A stretch of DNA of 55,454 nt. Origin: a virus. Taxonomy: Duplodnaviria > Caudoviricetes. Positions 55,375 through 55,454 of the stretch are shown here, one piece after another; the first letter of the stretch is position 1, and each line of letters opens with the position of its first letter. A program made the position numbers and the translations under genes. A model generated the notes under the pieces. It did no database searches. It was not told the DNA's origin and saw only the letters and a list, made by a program, of their open reading frames with translations. Location of the stretch: positions 1 through 55,454 of the IMG/VR virus record IMGVR_UViG_3300048687_000048; one strand, written 5' to 3'.

Positions 55375-55454
55375 GTGCTGCTGACGGCACGGGAGGTCGA
55401 GCGTGCCGTCGAGGACCTGCTCCACGAACCGGCGTTCGTCATCGACATCGAGAC
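55375..55454 (+). CDS. DNA polymerase (3'-5' exonuclease domain), 3'-partial; start at 55375 or upstream TTG 55297
   Basis: VLLTAREVERAVEDLLHEPAFVIDIE(T) is an ExoI D-x-E-T motif, running off the window edge. Confidence 0.55.
   Translation, partial: MLLTAREVERAVEDLLHEPAFVIDIE

Overview
This is a 55.5-kb segment of a high-GC (about two-thirds by eye) contractile-tailed phage, probably infecting Actinomycetota (inferred from LAxTG/LPxTG sortase substrates, a PRC-barrel/DUF2382 gene and leaderless-type promoters). Layout: (1) 1-15 kb, tail-fibre/appendage and neck genes; (2) 15.6-31.4 kb, myovirus tail (terminator, sheath, tube, chaperone with a probable +1 frameshift, tape measure with two peptidoglycan hydrolase domains, baseplate); (3) 31.4-39.6 kb, accessory, membrane and secreted proteins; (4) 39.8-45.9 kb, replication (HTH initiator with an internal palindrome cluster, degenerate DnaC-like loader, DnaB, primase, SNF2 helicase); (5) 45.9-51.9 kb, a minus-strand island of host-like genes; (6) 52-55.4 kb, small regulators, SSB and the start of a DNA polymerase. 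The standout is in block 5: a Ro60/TROVE gene (48669-50255) preceded by a promoter-driven tandem array of four Y-RNA-like elements (50262-50723). All four share a covarying Ro-binding scaffold (GGGCCGGA-N9-UUACC ... ACUUG(A/C)CC) but carry different payloads: a minimal loop, a circularly permuted tRNA-Thr(UGU) mimic that keeps its anticodon loop, a four-hairpin module, and a final copy whose closing stem sequesters the ro60 Shine-Dalgarno. A second unexplained signal is the 9-bp word GTGWSATAC/GTATSWCAC, with at least 29 exact copies by hand count against fewer than 1 expected. All calls come from reading the sequence; no searches were run.
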